From the NCBI GenBank assembly GCA_019634385.1, contig JAHQVK010000123.1:1142-65141 (forward strand): a stretch of 64,000 bases of DNA, given 5' to 3'. Numbering within the stretch: position 1 is the stretch's first letter; every line of letters starts with the position of its first letter. The stretch is from Myxococcales bacterium (GTDB taxonomy: Bacteria; Myxococcota; Kuafuiibacteriia; Kuafuiibacteriales; Kuafuiibacteriaceae). The position numbers and the translations under genes were made by a program. Below are positions 18,492 to 30,400 of this stretch, piece after piece. Below the pieces are notes generated by a model, which worked only from the letters and a program-made list of their open reading frames with translations, had not been told where the DNA came from and ran no database searches.

Positions 18492-20623
18492 GTGAAGCAC
18501 CTCAACTCTACCTAGAGCAGTCTCAGGATAATCTGATAGGAGAAACCGACCCTAAGGTTGCGATCCGTCAAATGCCACTATTCGAGGGGCTTACCGCGAG
18601 TGAAGTGGACAAGATTGCGAGTATATCGGAAATAGTTCACCGACCTCAGGATCGTATTGTTGCTCGGGCCGAGCCGGCGGATGCCGCTTATTGTTTTGTG
18701 CTCCGAGGTCAGGTGGCTTTTGCAGAATTTGCCAAAGGTAAAGTTCCTGAAGAACCCAAGAACCTCAAAAAGAGAATTACACCGGTCATGGAGCTTTGTG
18801 AGCGGGTAGTTGCCATATTTGATGTGGGGGATGTCTTCAAGAACGACCATGTGGCTACATCGACCGAGGAAAGCAGCGTTGAATATGATATGGCGCTGTT
18901 TACTTGTGTAAATATTGTCCTTCTTCAGGTTAAGCAAAAAGATCTAGATGCTGCCCTGAAGGGACTGTCTCGAATTAAAGAGCGAATTGATAGTTTGTCG
19001 GAAGTCTCTTTCTATCGGCAGACCTTACTCAAGGTGGATGGCCGATCGGATATCCTCGATTTTTATGTCAAAAACGGGTTTGAGTACGCCGGCGCAATCA
19101 AAGTTATTCAAACAGATAAATGTATAGATTGTGACGAATGTATCAAGGCTTGTGAAGATCGCCACGGGATATCCCGCATCGAGCGTTTTGGACCACGAGT
19201 AGGTTTGCTGCAGTTCACACGGAACTGTCGGAGCTGTCTGGATGCGCGGTGCATTGAAGTCTGCAACTTTGAGGCAATTGGTTATGACTCGAGAGTCCCG
19301 GAACGGGAGGTTGTTGTTTATGACAATTGCGTCGGTTGCATGAAGTGCTCTAAGGCGTGCCCCCACGATGCGATACAGATGGTGGAGGTCGAGGAACCGG
19401 AAGATCTCGATCTTGTGGGTTTGGTAGAGGGGCAGAAAGATAGGCCCGCGACTCGTATAGCGAAAGGTGAAGAAGCTCCGCCGGTAGCTAAGAAAAAAAA
19501 GAAGCCTAAGCGTATCGCTAACAAATGCGACCATTGTTTTGGGTACAGCGATATGGCCTGTATCTCAGCCTGCCCGACCGCGGCCATTATTCAGATAGAT
19601 CCTCGAGCGTTATTCCGTAGAGATGGTGGTCTCATAGAACGTTCCGATCGGTACTTCGAGCAGGCACCATTTGAGCAAGGATGGTCCCAAACTACGCGAA
19701 CTCAGGGTGTACGCTTGATGCACGGGACATTTGGGCTTGCAACCCTCGGTGTTCTGTTTGCCATCGTTGAGTATACGCTACGAGTTGTAGCGCCGGAGTG
19801 GAGTCTTTACCGAGGCCTAATTGCACTTACCCAAAGTGATAAGATGGCCGCCGACCTGGATCTGAGTATGAGTCCGGTTTTCGGTTTTCTTCGGTGGTTG
19901 GGTTATCTGGGGGGAGGTATGATGGTGGTGTCGGCCATGTATACTGTTCGCCTAAATGTGCCATTACTACGGCGGATGGGTGGCGCAAGAACTTGGTTTG
20001 ACCTTCATGTGGTATTTGGGCTCGCTGGCCCTATCCTAGGACTTCTTCATACAAACTTTGCCATAACTGACATTGCTGCCCGCCCTATGGTTGTGAGTCT
20101 GTGGTGGATGGTCTTTGCGATCGTTTTGTCTGGACTGTTGGGACGTTTTTTCTATACCGCGATACCTCGGCTGGAAGCAGCAGCAGAGCGTGCCCGCACA
20201 GAGCTGGATCGGGGTATCAAGAGCGTTGCTGATGAGTGGTCTTCAATGACCGTGAGTGTCAATGTGCTCGCCCAGTTTATGAAAGCACAGGAAAAAACCG
20301 GCCCAGCGGCTGCCAAGCTAGAAGAATTGAGTGCCGGGCGTGCCTTGATTGAACTTCTCAAGAACGAATACCAGCATATTCGTAGTCGAAGAGCTCTGCG
20401 GAAGAGTACAATCGGAAAAATTAAGAACGATGAGCTACGGAATACAACTCTCCAGCTTGTTCGTCAGCGGGCGGATGTGGACCGAAGGGTGGCCCTATAC
20501 TCTGTCACTAAACGGATGCTTGGTTGGTGGCGTAGTATCCACATAGCGGTGACCGTGTTTATGTTTGTCCTCCTTATCTTCCATGTTGCTATCTCGCTAT
20601 ATGCCACGGGTCTGGGAGTATAA
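18488..20623 (+). CDS. Fusion protein: cyclic-nucleotide-binding domain + multi-[4Fe-4S] ferredoxin domain + C-terminal polytopic His-rich membrane domain
   Basis: The N-terminus ..FEGLTASEVDKIASISEIVHRPQDRIVARAEPADAAYCFVLRGQV.. is a cNMP-binding beta-roll. Cys motifs are CIDCDECIKAC, CRSCLDARCIEVC, CVGCMKCSKACP and CDHCFGYSDMACISACP. At least 5 predicted TM helices carry conserved His. The start overlaps the TPR gene stop (ATGA). Confidence 0.7.
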   Translation: MSEAPQLYLEQSQDNLIGETDPKVAIRQMPLFEGLTASEVDKIASISEIVHRPQDRIVARAEPADAAYCFVLRGQVAFAEFAKGKVPEEPKNLKKRITPVMELCERVVAIFDVGDVFKNDHVATSTEESSVEYDMALFTCVNIVLLQVKQKDLDAALKGLSRIKERIDSLSEVSFYRQTLLKVDGRSDILDFYVKNGFEYAGAIKVIQTDKCIDCDECIKACEDRHGISRIERFGPRVGLLQFTRNCRSCLDARCIEVCNFEAIGYDSRVPEREVVVYDNCVGCMKCSKACPHDAIQMVEVEEPEDLDLVGLVEGQKDRPATRIAKGEEAPPVAKKKKKPKRIANKCDHCFGYSDMACISACPTAAIIQIDPRALFRRDGGLIERSDRYFEQAPFEQGWSQTTRTQGVRLMHGTFGLATLGVLFAIVEYTLRVVAPEWSLYRGLIALTQSDKMAADLDLSMSPVFGFLRWLGYLGGGMMVVSAMYTVRLNVPLLRRMGGARTWFDLHVVFGLAGPILGLLHTNFAITDIAARPMVVSLWWMVFAIVLSGLLGRFFYTAIPRLEAAAERARTELDRGIKSVADEWSSMTVSVNVLAQFMKAQEKTGPAAAKLEELSAGRALIELLKNEYQHIRSRRALRKSTIGKIKNDELRNTTLQLVRQRADVDRRVALYSVTKRMLGWWRSIHIAVTVFMFVLLIFHVAISLYATGLGV

Positions 20624-20667
20624 GTTGTGACTTGTCTAGTTAGGGTGAACTGTGGTCACCGTGCTGC

Positions 20668-21633
20668 GTGCCGAGATTAGCCAGTATTGTTAGTACCTCG
20701 GGCACGGCACGAGGGCTGCTCCTTGCCACGATGGCTGCGCTTTTTGCTGCGGCTTTTCTGATACCTTTTAGGCAAGCAATTGAATACGCGCCACATTTTT
20801 CGGTCATCACCGCCATGTTTGTGGTGGCGACGGTGTTCAATGGGTGCGTTATGGTCCTCCGGCCATCGGGCCCCCCTCGCATACGGGACAGGGATACGAT
20901 CGTCACTGCCGTGGCCTTGGCGGTCTGCACAGTAGCTGGAAATGTTGGTGTTGCTCTTGCCCTGCCGTTGATTGGAGCAGGCATGACCAGTGTCATTCTA
21001 AAGGCCCAGGTGATCATTACCCCGTTCCTTGTATGGTGGGTTTTCAAAGAGACACCTACTTCGAGACTTTGGGTGGGTGTATCACTTTCTTTGGTGGGCT
21101 GTATCGTGCCTCATTGGAGTGCGGGTTCAGACGGAGACGGGCATGGCTACGGATGGGCGTTATTAGCCGCGCTTGGTTTCGCCAGCATGCAGATTCTCAC
21201 CCGGAAGGTGATTCACCGGGTTCAAACGTCGGTGGTGAATATGCTTCGGTTGTTGGTGACCGTCTTTTTTCTTCATCTGATACCTGAGGGACGAGCTGCG
21301 TGGATGCTTCCTCTTTGGGTATGGCTATTGGCCGGTACGGCGGGCCTGTTCGGACCAGGTATGAGCCGGTTATGTCTCATGGGGGCACTGCGGTACATGA
21401 GCCCTTCACATACTGCATTGGTAGCCCTGGTGGGACCGGTGTTTGCCTTCATCCTAGGATATGTCTTTCTCCAAGAGATTCCCAGTGGGACTGATATTCT
21501 GGGATCTTTACTGATCTTCGCCGGGGTAGTGTGGGTGTTACTGCCAAGGATACTTGCGGTTATGGGGGAAGTTTCTGGGGAGCGGTCTCGCCCGGGGGTA
21601 CAAGGTAGTCGTCCAGAGGTTCAGCGTAGTTAA
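20668..21633 (+). CDS. DMT-superfamily (EamA-like) transporter
   Basis: About 10 hydrophobic helices, with the two-EamA-repeat architecture (..LALPLIGAGMTSVILKAQVIITPFLVWWVF.. / ..ALRYMSPSHTALVALVGPVFAFILGYVFL..). Confidence 0.65.
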   Translation: MPRLASIVSTSGTARGLLLATMAALFAAAFLIPFRQAIEYAPHFSVITAMFVVATVFNGCVMVLRPSGPPRIRDRDTIVTAVALAVCTVAGNVGVALALPLIGAGMTSVILKAQVIITPFLVWWVFKETPTSRLWVGVSLSLVGCIVPHWSAGSDGDGHGYGWALLAALGFASMQILTRKVIHRVQTSVVNMLRLLVTVFFLHLIPEGRAAWMLPLWVWLLAGTAGLFGPGMSRLCLMGALRYMSPSHTALVALVGPVFAFILGYVFLQEIPSGTDILGSLLIFAGVVWVLLPRILAVMGEVSGERSRPGVQGSRPEVQRS

Positions 21634-21657
21634 ACTATGTTGTGTTATGGGTTGCAC

Positions 21658-22908
21658 TCAGCCCCTGGCTGCGTGCATTTTGAGAGCTTCTTCAAGAGCA
21701 GCGATCGTAAAAATTTGAGGCAGAAGGTGCTTGTTACCGGTGCTATCAATGAGCATCACTAATGGAATTCCTGACCTCCCGCTTGCTTCGATCCACTGGG
21801 TCATCACTTCGTCGGCATTGGTGTAGTCGGCTTGCATAGGGATGATCCTCAATTGCTCAAGAACAGTATGGATGCGGGGTGTATCTATAACGGTGGCCTC
21901 GAGGGCTTTACACGCGGTGCACCAGTCGGCGGTAAAATCCAATAGGATAGGTTGTTGATTTGCGGTGGCGGTCGCAACCAATTTTGGATCAAACGGGATC
22001 CATTGAATTTCCCCGTTCTCAATGATGGGGCCACTGAGGTTAGATTCATTGAACTGATGGCGAATGGGCGCCTCAAGTTCTACAAACTTGGCCCAAAAAA
22101 TAAGGCTGCCAAGAATTGCTACGGTGCGTACTGTCCACCGGCGGCCCATGGGATGAACGGGGCTACCAAAGCGCTGTATAGCCCACAATAAAATGGTGAG
22201 AACGAGTAAGAACATCAGCACCCGGTTGGCGCTATGCGGTGTAAGCTGGGCTTGGAGAGAACCAAAGAGCCAGACCGCAGCGCCGACAAGGGTGAAACCC
22301 ATAAGGTACTTGAAGTCGTTCATCCATGTTCCGGGTTGAGGCAGAAGACGAATAAGCGCAGGTACAAAACTTAGACAAAGAAACGGAAAAGCGAGTCCTA
22401 TTGCTATGGCCGCAAATAAAGATAGCGTTTGTATAGCGGTAGCCTCAGTACCCATCGCAAAAGCTGCTGCTGTGCCCAGAAACGGAGCGGTACAAGGCAT
22501 AGACATTAAAGCAGCGAGCATTCCGTTGCCGACCGAGCCAAAAATACCATCAGGGACTTTGGAGGTTCGAACGTTGAACGCGATTTCAAAAACGCCCAAC
22601 GCGTTCAATCCAAAGACATAAAGGGCAATAACTAAGGTGGCAACAAACCCTGGGTATTGAAATTGCATACCCCAGCCGATGGTTTTGCCCGACGCACGAA
22701 TAGCAATAACCATCGTTGCGAAGATGCTAAATACCAGCACTGTTCCGACCGCATACGCGATGCCATGGATCCGAGCTTTCTCCGGATGTGCACGAAGAGC
22801 GTCAACGATGTGAAACGCCTTTAGGGTAAGCACCGGCAACACACACGGCATGATGTTGAGAATCACGCCACCGATGAAGGCGAAGGCGAGGTATTGCAAG
22901 AAGTCCAA
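21658..22908 (-). CDS. dsbD: Thiol:disulfide interchange protein (DsbD/CcdA family: membrane core + C-terminal thioredoxin domain)
   Basis: The membrane core has Cys pairs (..IMPCVLPV.., ..MPCTAPF..). The C-terminal thioredoxin motif is LLDFTADWCTACK. Confidence 0.8.
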   Translation of the reverse strand: MDFLQYLAFAFIGGVILNIMPCVLPVLTLKAFHIVDALRAHPEKARIHGIAYAVGTVLVFSIFATMVIAIRASGKTIGWGMQFQYPGFVATLVIALYVFGLNALGVFEIAFNVRTSKVPDGIFGSVGNGMLAALMSMPCTAPFLGTAAAFAMGTEATAIQTLSLFAAIAIGLAFPFLCLSFVPALIRLLPQPGTWMNDFKYLMGFTLVGAAVWLFGSLQAQLTPHSANRVLMFLLVLTILLWAIQRFGSPVHPMGRRWTVRTVAILGSLIFWAKFVELEAPIRHQFNESNLSGPIIENGEIQWIPFDPKLVATATANQQPILLDFTADWCTACKALEATVIDTPRIHTVLEQLRIIPMQADYTNADEVMTQWIEASGRSGIPLVMLIDSTGNKHLLPQIFTIAALEEALKMHAARG

Positions 22909-23022
22909 AGTGGATGGAGCGTATCACGTGGATGCCGGCCTGTTGAGAATAGCTGTAGAGTTGTGACATGTAGTTGATAGATGGCCTTGTTGTTAATACG
23001 TGCGCGTCACTCGAATTAATAC

Positions 23023-23182
23023 CTAGGCGTGTCTTTTACCCTTCGGACCGCGTTCTGACTTGTATCCCACATTTGTGAGGGGTCGGTGGCTTGGCCACCC
23101 TTTCGGGCTCGGAGGGAGGGTACATCCTCTACCCTCTCTCCGAGCCTGAACCCTAACAAACGGGGGCTACGGCGTAATCTAG
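23023..23182. mobile_element. Family-A element, copy A3 (inverted relative to A1; right end truncated)
   Basis: ctaggcgtgtcttttacccttcggaccgcgttctgacttgtatcccacatttgtgaggggtcggtggctt... ending ..ctacggcgtaatctag. Confidence 0.8.
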
Positions 23183-23253
23183 CTCTACGCCGACTTCAAA
23201 GCACCAAACCATTGTGCCCTCCTTGTAATCACGGGATCGTTGGACACCGACAC

Positions 23254-23432
23254 CTAGCAGGCCATCGGAAAAGTGAGTTAAGCGCTTCGCGGGTCCTTTT
23301 TCCGTGGAAGGTCTGGACTGGCTTCGCCTTTCATCGGTTGCATACGCCCGCTATGCGCCCTCTTCATCCAGAGCGTTCCACGGAAAAGATACTTCGCGGA
23401 TCACCCATCCCACTTTTCCGATGGCCTGCTAG
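23254..23432. mobile_element. Family-B palindromic repeat element, copy B1
   Basis: ctagcaggccatcggaaaagtg ... cacttttccgatggcctgctag, with perfect 22-bp inverted ends. It is homologous to copies at 41046 and 48121. Confidence 0.85.
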
Positions 23433-23769
23433 TGGACAAGGATTGGTATTGCTCTGTGAATGATAAGCCTCTTGGGGGACAGCTGATAGACAACAGATTC
23501 AGCAGGAAGGTTATGCCCAGCCTCGTCGTCGGAGCGTTTCACGCAAAGCCGGGCTCGATAGCCACACACATGGCTAAATCAACCGGCTGCTAGGGAGCGT
23601 CATGAATGTTGGCATGGAGCTATTGTGAAGTATCTGGTTTGACCGAATGTAATGGTAGCGATTGCCTAGCTGACCGAGAGCTCCCGATAAGCGAGTCACC
23701 GAGAGCTCAACGGGGCCTTCAGGCAAATCACTGACGACTCATAGACCGAGTTCTATGTTAAAGATATGC

Positions 23770-23838
23770 CCAGGAAAGAGGAAAGGGTAGAGGACCCTAG
23801 CTTTTGGGCGCGAGTCCTCTAATTTCCGTAGAGCGACC
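23770..23838 (-). terminator. Putative groEL terminator hairpin
   Basis: The inverted repeat gaggaccctagcttttgggcgcgagtcctc lies immediately 3' of the groEL stop. The downstream minus-strand stretch TACCCTTTCCTCTTTCC is pyrimidine-rich but not a clean U-tract. Confidence 0.3.
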
Positions 23839-23841
23839 GCT

Positions 23842-25527
<1,686 letters not shown>

Positions 25528-25599
25528 TTATAAGAACCGAAAGTATCTATCCAGACCAAGCTGCAGTAAGCACCCGCTCTGGATACTCCGCTGAGCACT

Positions 25600-25890
25600 C
25601 TATTCAAGTACGCCCAGGACTTCATCTTCACGTAGGATGACGTGTTCGACGCCTTCGATCTTGATTTCGGTGCCGCTATACTTACCGAAGAGGATTCGGT
25701 CGCCAGGCTTCACGTCAGGAGCTCGGGCTTTTCCGTCGTCGAGGACTTTACCGTTGCCTACCGCAATGACTTCTCCCTCGATGGGTTTTTCCTTTGCGGA
25801 GTCAGGAATGATGATGCCACCTTTGCTTTTTTCTTCGGCGGCTGTGCGTTGTACGAGAATGCGATCCTGAAGAGGACGAAATTTCGCCAT
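25600..25890 (-). CDS. groS: Co-chaperonin GroES
   Basis: [15 protein letters not shown]...[24 protein letters not shown].. The start is placed at 25890 with the RBS ggagaa upstream. Confidence 0.9.
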   Translation of the reverse strand: MAKFRPLQDRILVQRTAAEEKSKGGIIIPDSAKEKPIEGEVIAVGNGKVLDDGKARAPDVKPGDRILFGKYSGTEIKIEGVEHVILREDEVLGVLE

Positions 25891-26117
25891 AGTGGTTTTC
25901 TCCTTAACGAGCAAATAGGTCTATCAACCTGTAATTGCTCTCAAATTTGGGTTGCTTTAGCCACCAGAGGTGTGTGGCTGCCAACCGCCTAAGCCTTCTA
26001 TGCACCTCATCGAAGACCGTCAAGCATCGAACAGAGCTGAAGGCATTTTTGCTGAATGCCTACGATGGAGGCTGTGGTGAGTTTATGGGGTCTGTGTATT
26101 CAGAAGGTAGGGCGACT

Positions 26118-27206
26118 TCAATGTTGGTAGGGTTGGTAAGGTTGGAAGGTACCACTCGATGTTTGGACCAACTTAAACCAACGGAGTTCGTTTGTTGTGT
26201 AGTGATCTACCGATGATCGTGGAATCTCGGTTTTGATAAAATGGAGAACGGCAGCGCGAATGTATTCGCCGGCGGCCCTGCGATCGGACTCTTGTCCCTG
26301 GTAGACGCCGTCCCATATTTTAAAGAGTTTCTTTTTTCGGATGGAAGCAGTGGCTTGGCTCCGGTACCAAATGGTCCGCAGTCGCTTAAAGATATTTCTT
26401 TTGGCTGTTTGCCAGTTGCGCTGCCAGGCGGCCTTTCGGAGTTGGGCTCGAAACGTCCTTGTTTCTCTCAGGAATTGTTGTTTTCGTTGGGCGTAGGGGT
26501 CGTCACCTAGGGAACGGATGACAGCATCGGTCATATCAAAGCGCAGCTGGGTGAGCGATGTCACCTGGAGAGACTGATTTCGGAAATATACGTCACCTTC
26601 CGCGGTAATGTGGGCGGTGACTGGTCCTAGTTTCTTTGCGTAGCTTCCATCTTTTAGTCGGCGAAGGCCTTTAGGGACAACGAGGGTGACATGATTGGGC
26701 GCTCTATCGGTAATGCGGAGTGCTGAAGGGAGTCGGGTGAGGGACGGCAGCGGGGAGAGTCGATTGATGGATGCTGGAGTGGTGGACGATGTCCGGCTTT
26801 TTGACGAGCGACGAACACTGGCCACTTCTTTTGGAGCAGCGGGGCCTGGCTTTTTGGGTCGCGCCCTGGTCAGCTTTCTCCGTACGGTGGTTGGGCGACG
26901 TCTCTTACGCCCGGCTCTGCGTAGGATCTTTTGTTTGGAAGGGTTGTCAGTAGTAGTCCCTCGTTTGTTGGGCGTGTTCTGGATAGTATCTGCTGCGGTG
27001 CGTGGTGCTGGAGAAGGAGAACGACGCGGTTGTTCTTGGACGCTCTCCGGCGAAGCAGCCGACGGAGCTGCAGATTCAGCGCTGAGGGTGACCTGAGCCA
27101 GGATTCGATGAGGTTTCGGTATGGGGGTTTGAACCGGTATCGGAATCCGAGTAACTACGAGGTGAAGGACGAGGGTTATGAAGACCGGGTAACTCCATCG
27201 ACCCAC
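26118..27206 (-). CDS. Hypothetical secreted/membrane-anchored protein with an Arg/Lys/Pro-rich spacer and a conserved C-terminal about 200-aa domain
   Basis: The N-terminal hydrophobic segment is SYPVFITLVLHLVV. The basic low-complexity region is ..RRAGRKRRRPTTVRRKLTRARPKKPGPAAPK... Codon usage is consistent with a coding ORF. No recognisable family motif. Confidence 0.45.
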   Translation of the reverse strand: MGRWSYPVFITLVLHLVVTRIPIPVQTPIPKPHRILAQVTLSAESAAPSAASPESVQEQPRRSPSPAPRTAADTIQNTPNKRGTTTDNPSKQKILRRAGRKRRRPTTVRRKLTRARPKKPGPAAPKEVASVRRSSKSRTSSTTPASINRLSPLPSLTRLPSALRITDRAPNHVTLVVPKGLRRLKDGSYAKKLGPVTAHITAEGDVYFRNQSLQVTSLTQLRFDMTDAVIRSLGDDPYAQRKQQFLRETRTFRAQLRKAAWQRNWQTAKRNIFKRLRTIWYRSQATASIRKKKLFKIWDGVYQGQESDRRAAGEYIRAAVLHFIKTEIPRSSVDHYTTNELRWFKLVQTSSGTFQPYQPYQH

Positions 27207-27461
27207 CTTAGTTCAACCCATAGGCCAAATGACTTCGTCCCTGAAGTCCATAATTGGCGTGTGATCTTTTTCAAATACGATCAACGTTCACCGTATCCAT
27301 CGGTATACGTAGCCTCTAACCACCTTATTCGGGGCTATGCGACCCTCCATGAGGCGCTCTTGCGTCGATAACCGGTAGGTAAGGGAACAGTGAGCTTTCG
27401 CCGCCTGCTGCTTAGGGGGAGGGTTGAGACCCAATTCTTCATTCCGCAGGAGAATTTCGCC

Positions 27462-30400
27462 TCAGTGTTGAGTCTGGGGCTCTGCTTCTACTGGATTCGA
27501 GTGCTTAGCCATCTGCTTAGCATCCTCCCGATAAACAAATAGAGTTCGCCGGCTGATGACGGTCTCATTTAAGCGGGCGACGATCATAATTTTGTTGAGG
27601 CCATCCTGGAGATCGACGTTGAAAGAGAATGGCAATTGCGCTGAGTCATCGTTTGGTGGAGCCCACCCATCGATAGTTTTAAGCCCGGTTAATGCCGGTG
27701 ATGGGGGAGGGGCTGCCCGTTGGAAGAATATTTTATCGTCGTTGTGCAGCACATACATATCGCGCAGGGTTCGCCCACTGACCTTGCCTTGAAGCTGGAC
27801 GCTAGCACCAGTTGATACCTGTCCGCTCGGTTCGTCTGCAATCGCGATATGAGGGGGGCGAATCCACGGTTGGAATGCCGGTGTCGTTTTTTTGGACAAT
27901 CTCCGGGCCCGTTTCTTATTTTTCATCCATGAGATGGCCTGGGCGGATACAAATACGGGGGCTTTATCCCCTAGCTCAACCCGTATGAATGGACCCACTT
28001 TTGCGTCAGCTTTTAGTACCTCGCCCTTTGTTAGGGTTGCTACCACTGGGCTGTCTGGTGAGGCGCTTCGTCGTAGGACGGTAGTGTGCTTGGCTCGAAT
28101 CCAACCGGATTGGGTCTGGGCGCTTAGCTTTTTGGGGTGGGTTTCAAGTTTGAGGTCGAATTGAGCTTCGAGCCATTCCCCACTGGAGGAGTCATAGATG
28201 GCCAGTTCCAGGGGAAGACTTTCACGACCGCTCTGTACCTCAGGAATTCTAAAGGCAAGAGTACCATTTTGTGTTGCGCCCGAAGCAATCTCTCCGATAC
28301 GTACCCGACCCCGTTCGAGGAAAAGATCCTCCTTAGCTGCGGAGCGAAGTCGCAGGGCGGTTGCGCCAGCGGTACCGTGACCGATGTTGGTGACAAAAAC
28401 TGCCATATCGATGCCTTCTCCAACCTCCAGTCGACCATCGCCATCCCCTCGCTCCCGATCATCAAACGTCCAGGTGAAAGCGAATTGGGGAGGATGAACC
28501 AATTCGGTTCGTACAGACATGGCGGCTTCGCCGAGCGGCGTGCTCCCGTCAGACTCGAGCTCCAAAGTGACTTTATCAGTACGAGCAGATTCGTTCCTGG
28601 GGACACTCGTGTGAATTGTCCAGGTCTTGGATTCACCAGGGTTGATCATGCCAAAGAGCATTTCTCTGCCTTCAAAAGAGACGTGCTCTGATTTTAGCGT
28701 CCCATGCACCCGGAAGACTGGTTGCATGCCAGTGTTGGTGACGGTAGCACGCAGCGCAATATCGTTGCCAGCTTTCACAACTCCCGGCTGTACTGCGTCC
28801 TTGAGTTCTAGCCGGGTATTCAAAGAGGCCGGCCTTTTGGTTTTTTTCGGAGAGGGAGTCCAATCTACCCCCAGAGTGGCCAGTCGGGTGCGAATAGTTT
28901 TTTCTTCAGCTCTGACGGTTTTCCGGATAAGAGCTCGGGCTTGCTTGAGCGCTTGTTCACGGTGTGGAGACTTGACTGATATTAGATAGTTTCGGGCGAA
29001 TTCTATCGGGAAGTCGTTCGGCTTTTCGCTCTCCTCTTCGGTCTCCTCAAAGTTATCTTCCCGAACCAGGTATGGGAACGAAAAGGTAGATTTTGATGAG
29101 ATTGACTCGACATGATCATTGGCTCGGTCCAAATGCTGTTCGAGAGCTGATTCTCGGTGGGAATTACTTTCGTAAAACATCCGTACACTTTTCTCTTTGA
29201 GCCATGCTGGTCGTAGAGCTATGTCAGGAGTCACGCCCGTATTCTGGATAGATATATCACCCGGTGTTAAGTACTGAGCTATTGTGAGTTTCAATGCCGA
29301 GTTGTCAGCGAAATCGTAAAGAACTTGTACTGAGCCCTTACCGAACGTTGTTTCTCCAATGATGGTGGCTCGATTCAGATTTTTTAAGGCCCCAGCTACG
29401 ATTTCTGAGGCGGAAGCGGAGCCGCGATTGACCAGAACGGCAATGGGCAGGTCAGTCTCAGTGCCTGACCACCGTGCTCGTTTGGGCTCGCGAAGTTTGT
29501 TTCCATAGCCAACGGTGGTGACAATTTCTCCAGCGGATATGAACTTGTCACTTACCCTTGTCGCCTGTTCGAGAAGCCCACCGGGGTTATTACGGAGATC
29601 TAGAACCAGGCCTTGGAGGGGTTTGTTCGATTTTTTGACCAGTTGTTGAAGGTGGTCTTCAAGGTCTCGCCCTGTGTTTTGTTGGAAGTTCTTGATCTTG
29701 ATATAGCCAACATTGGAGGAGAGCAACTTACTCTCGACAGATTCAAGCTTGATACGCTCACGGACAATAGGAAAGCGTTTTGGGGTCGCCCACCCATCCC
29801 TGTCTACCCAGATGACAATTTCGGAGCCTTTGGGACCGCGAAGCATACGTACGGCCTCATCTACTGGCATGGATACGGTTGAAACGTCACCGATGCGGCT
29901 AATGACGTCCCCGGCCTTGAGTCCAGCCCTAGATGCCGGCGTACCGTCTATTGGGGAAATGATGGTTAGCTTTTCGTCGCGAATAGAAATCACTATGCCT
30001 AATCCACCGAACTCCCCTTTGGTCGATGTTTTCATTTCAGCAAAAGCTGCTGGTTTGAGCAGAATACTATGGGGGTCCAATGTGGATAGAGCCCCATTGA
30101 CGGCCGCATATTCGATCAAGCGCACGTCGTCTTGTGGAGGCAAGTACTTCTCAAGAAAGCGAAAGACCTCACGGAGCTTTAGGTTGATTTCCCACAGGTT
30201 CTCTACGTCGTTTACAATGACCTTTCGGCGGCCCATAACCTCCACACTAAGAGAATCATTGTCGAGGGTTTCAACCAGGACTTCCGCTGTTTGGCGCTCG
30301 ACTTCTTCGAGGGCTCGCACCAGCATCTTCCGTGGTTTTATGCGAGTGGGGTCTACATAATGGTCTTTAACGTGAAGAGCGACGTTCGACAGGACGGAGA

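Noticed and set aside
25915-26117. Looked for a CIRCE element (TTAGCACTC-N9-GAGTGCTAA) upstream of groES.
   Set aside because: There is no canonical match. Only a weak inverted repeat (ttagccacc..gtggct) is present, so heat-shock control cannot be assigned from sequence.
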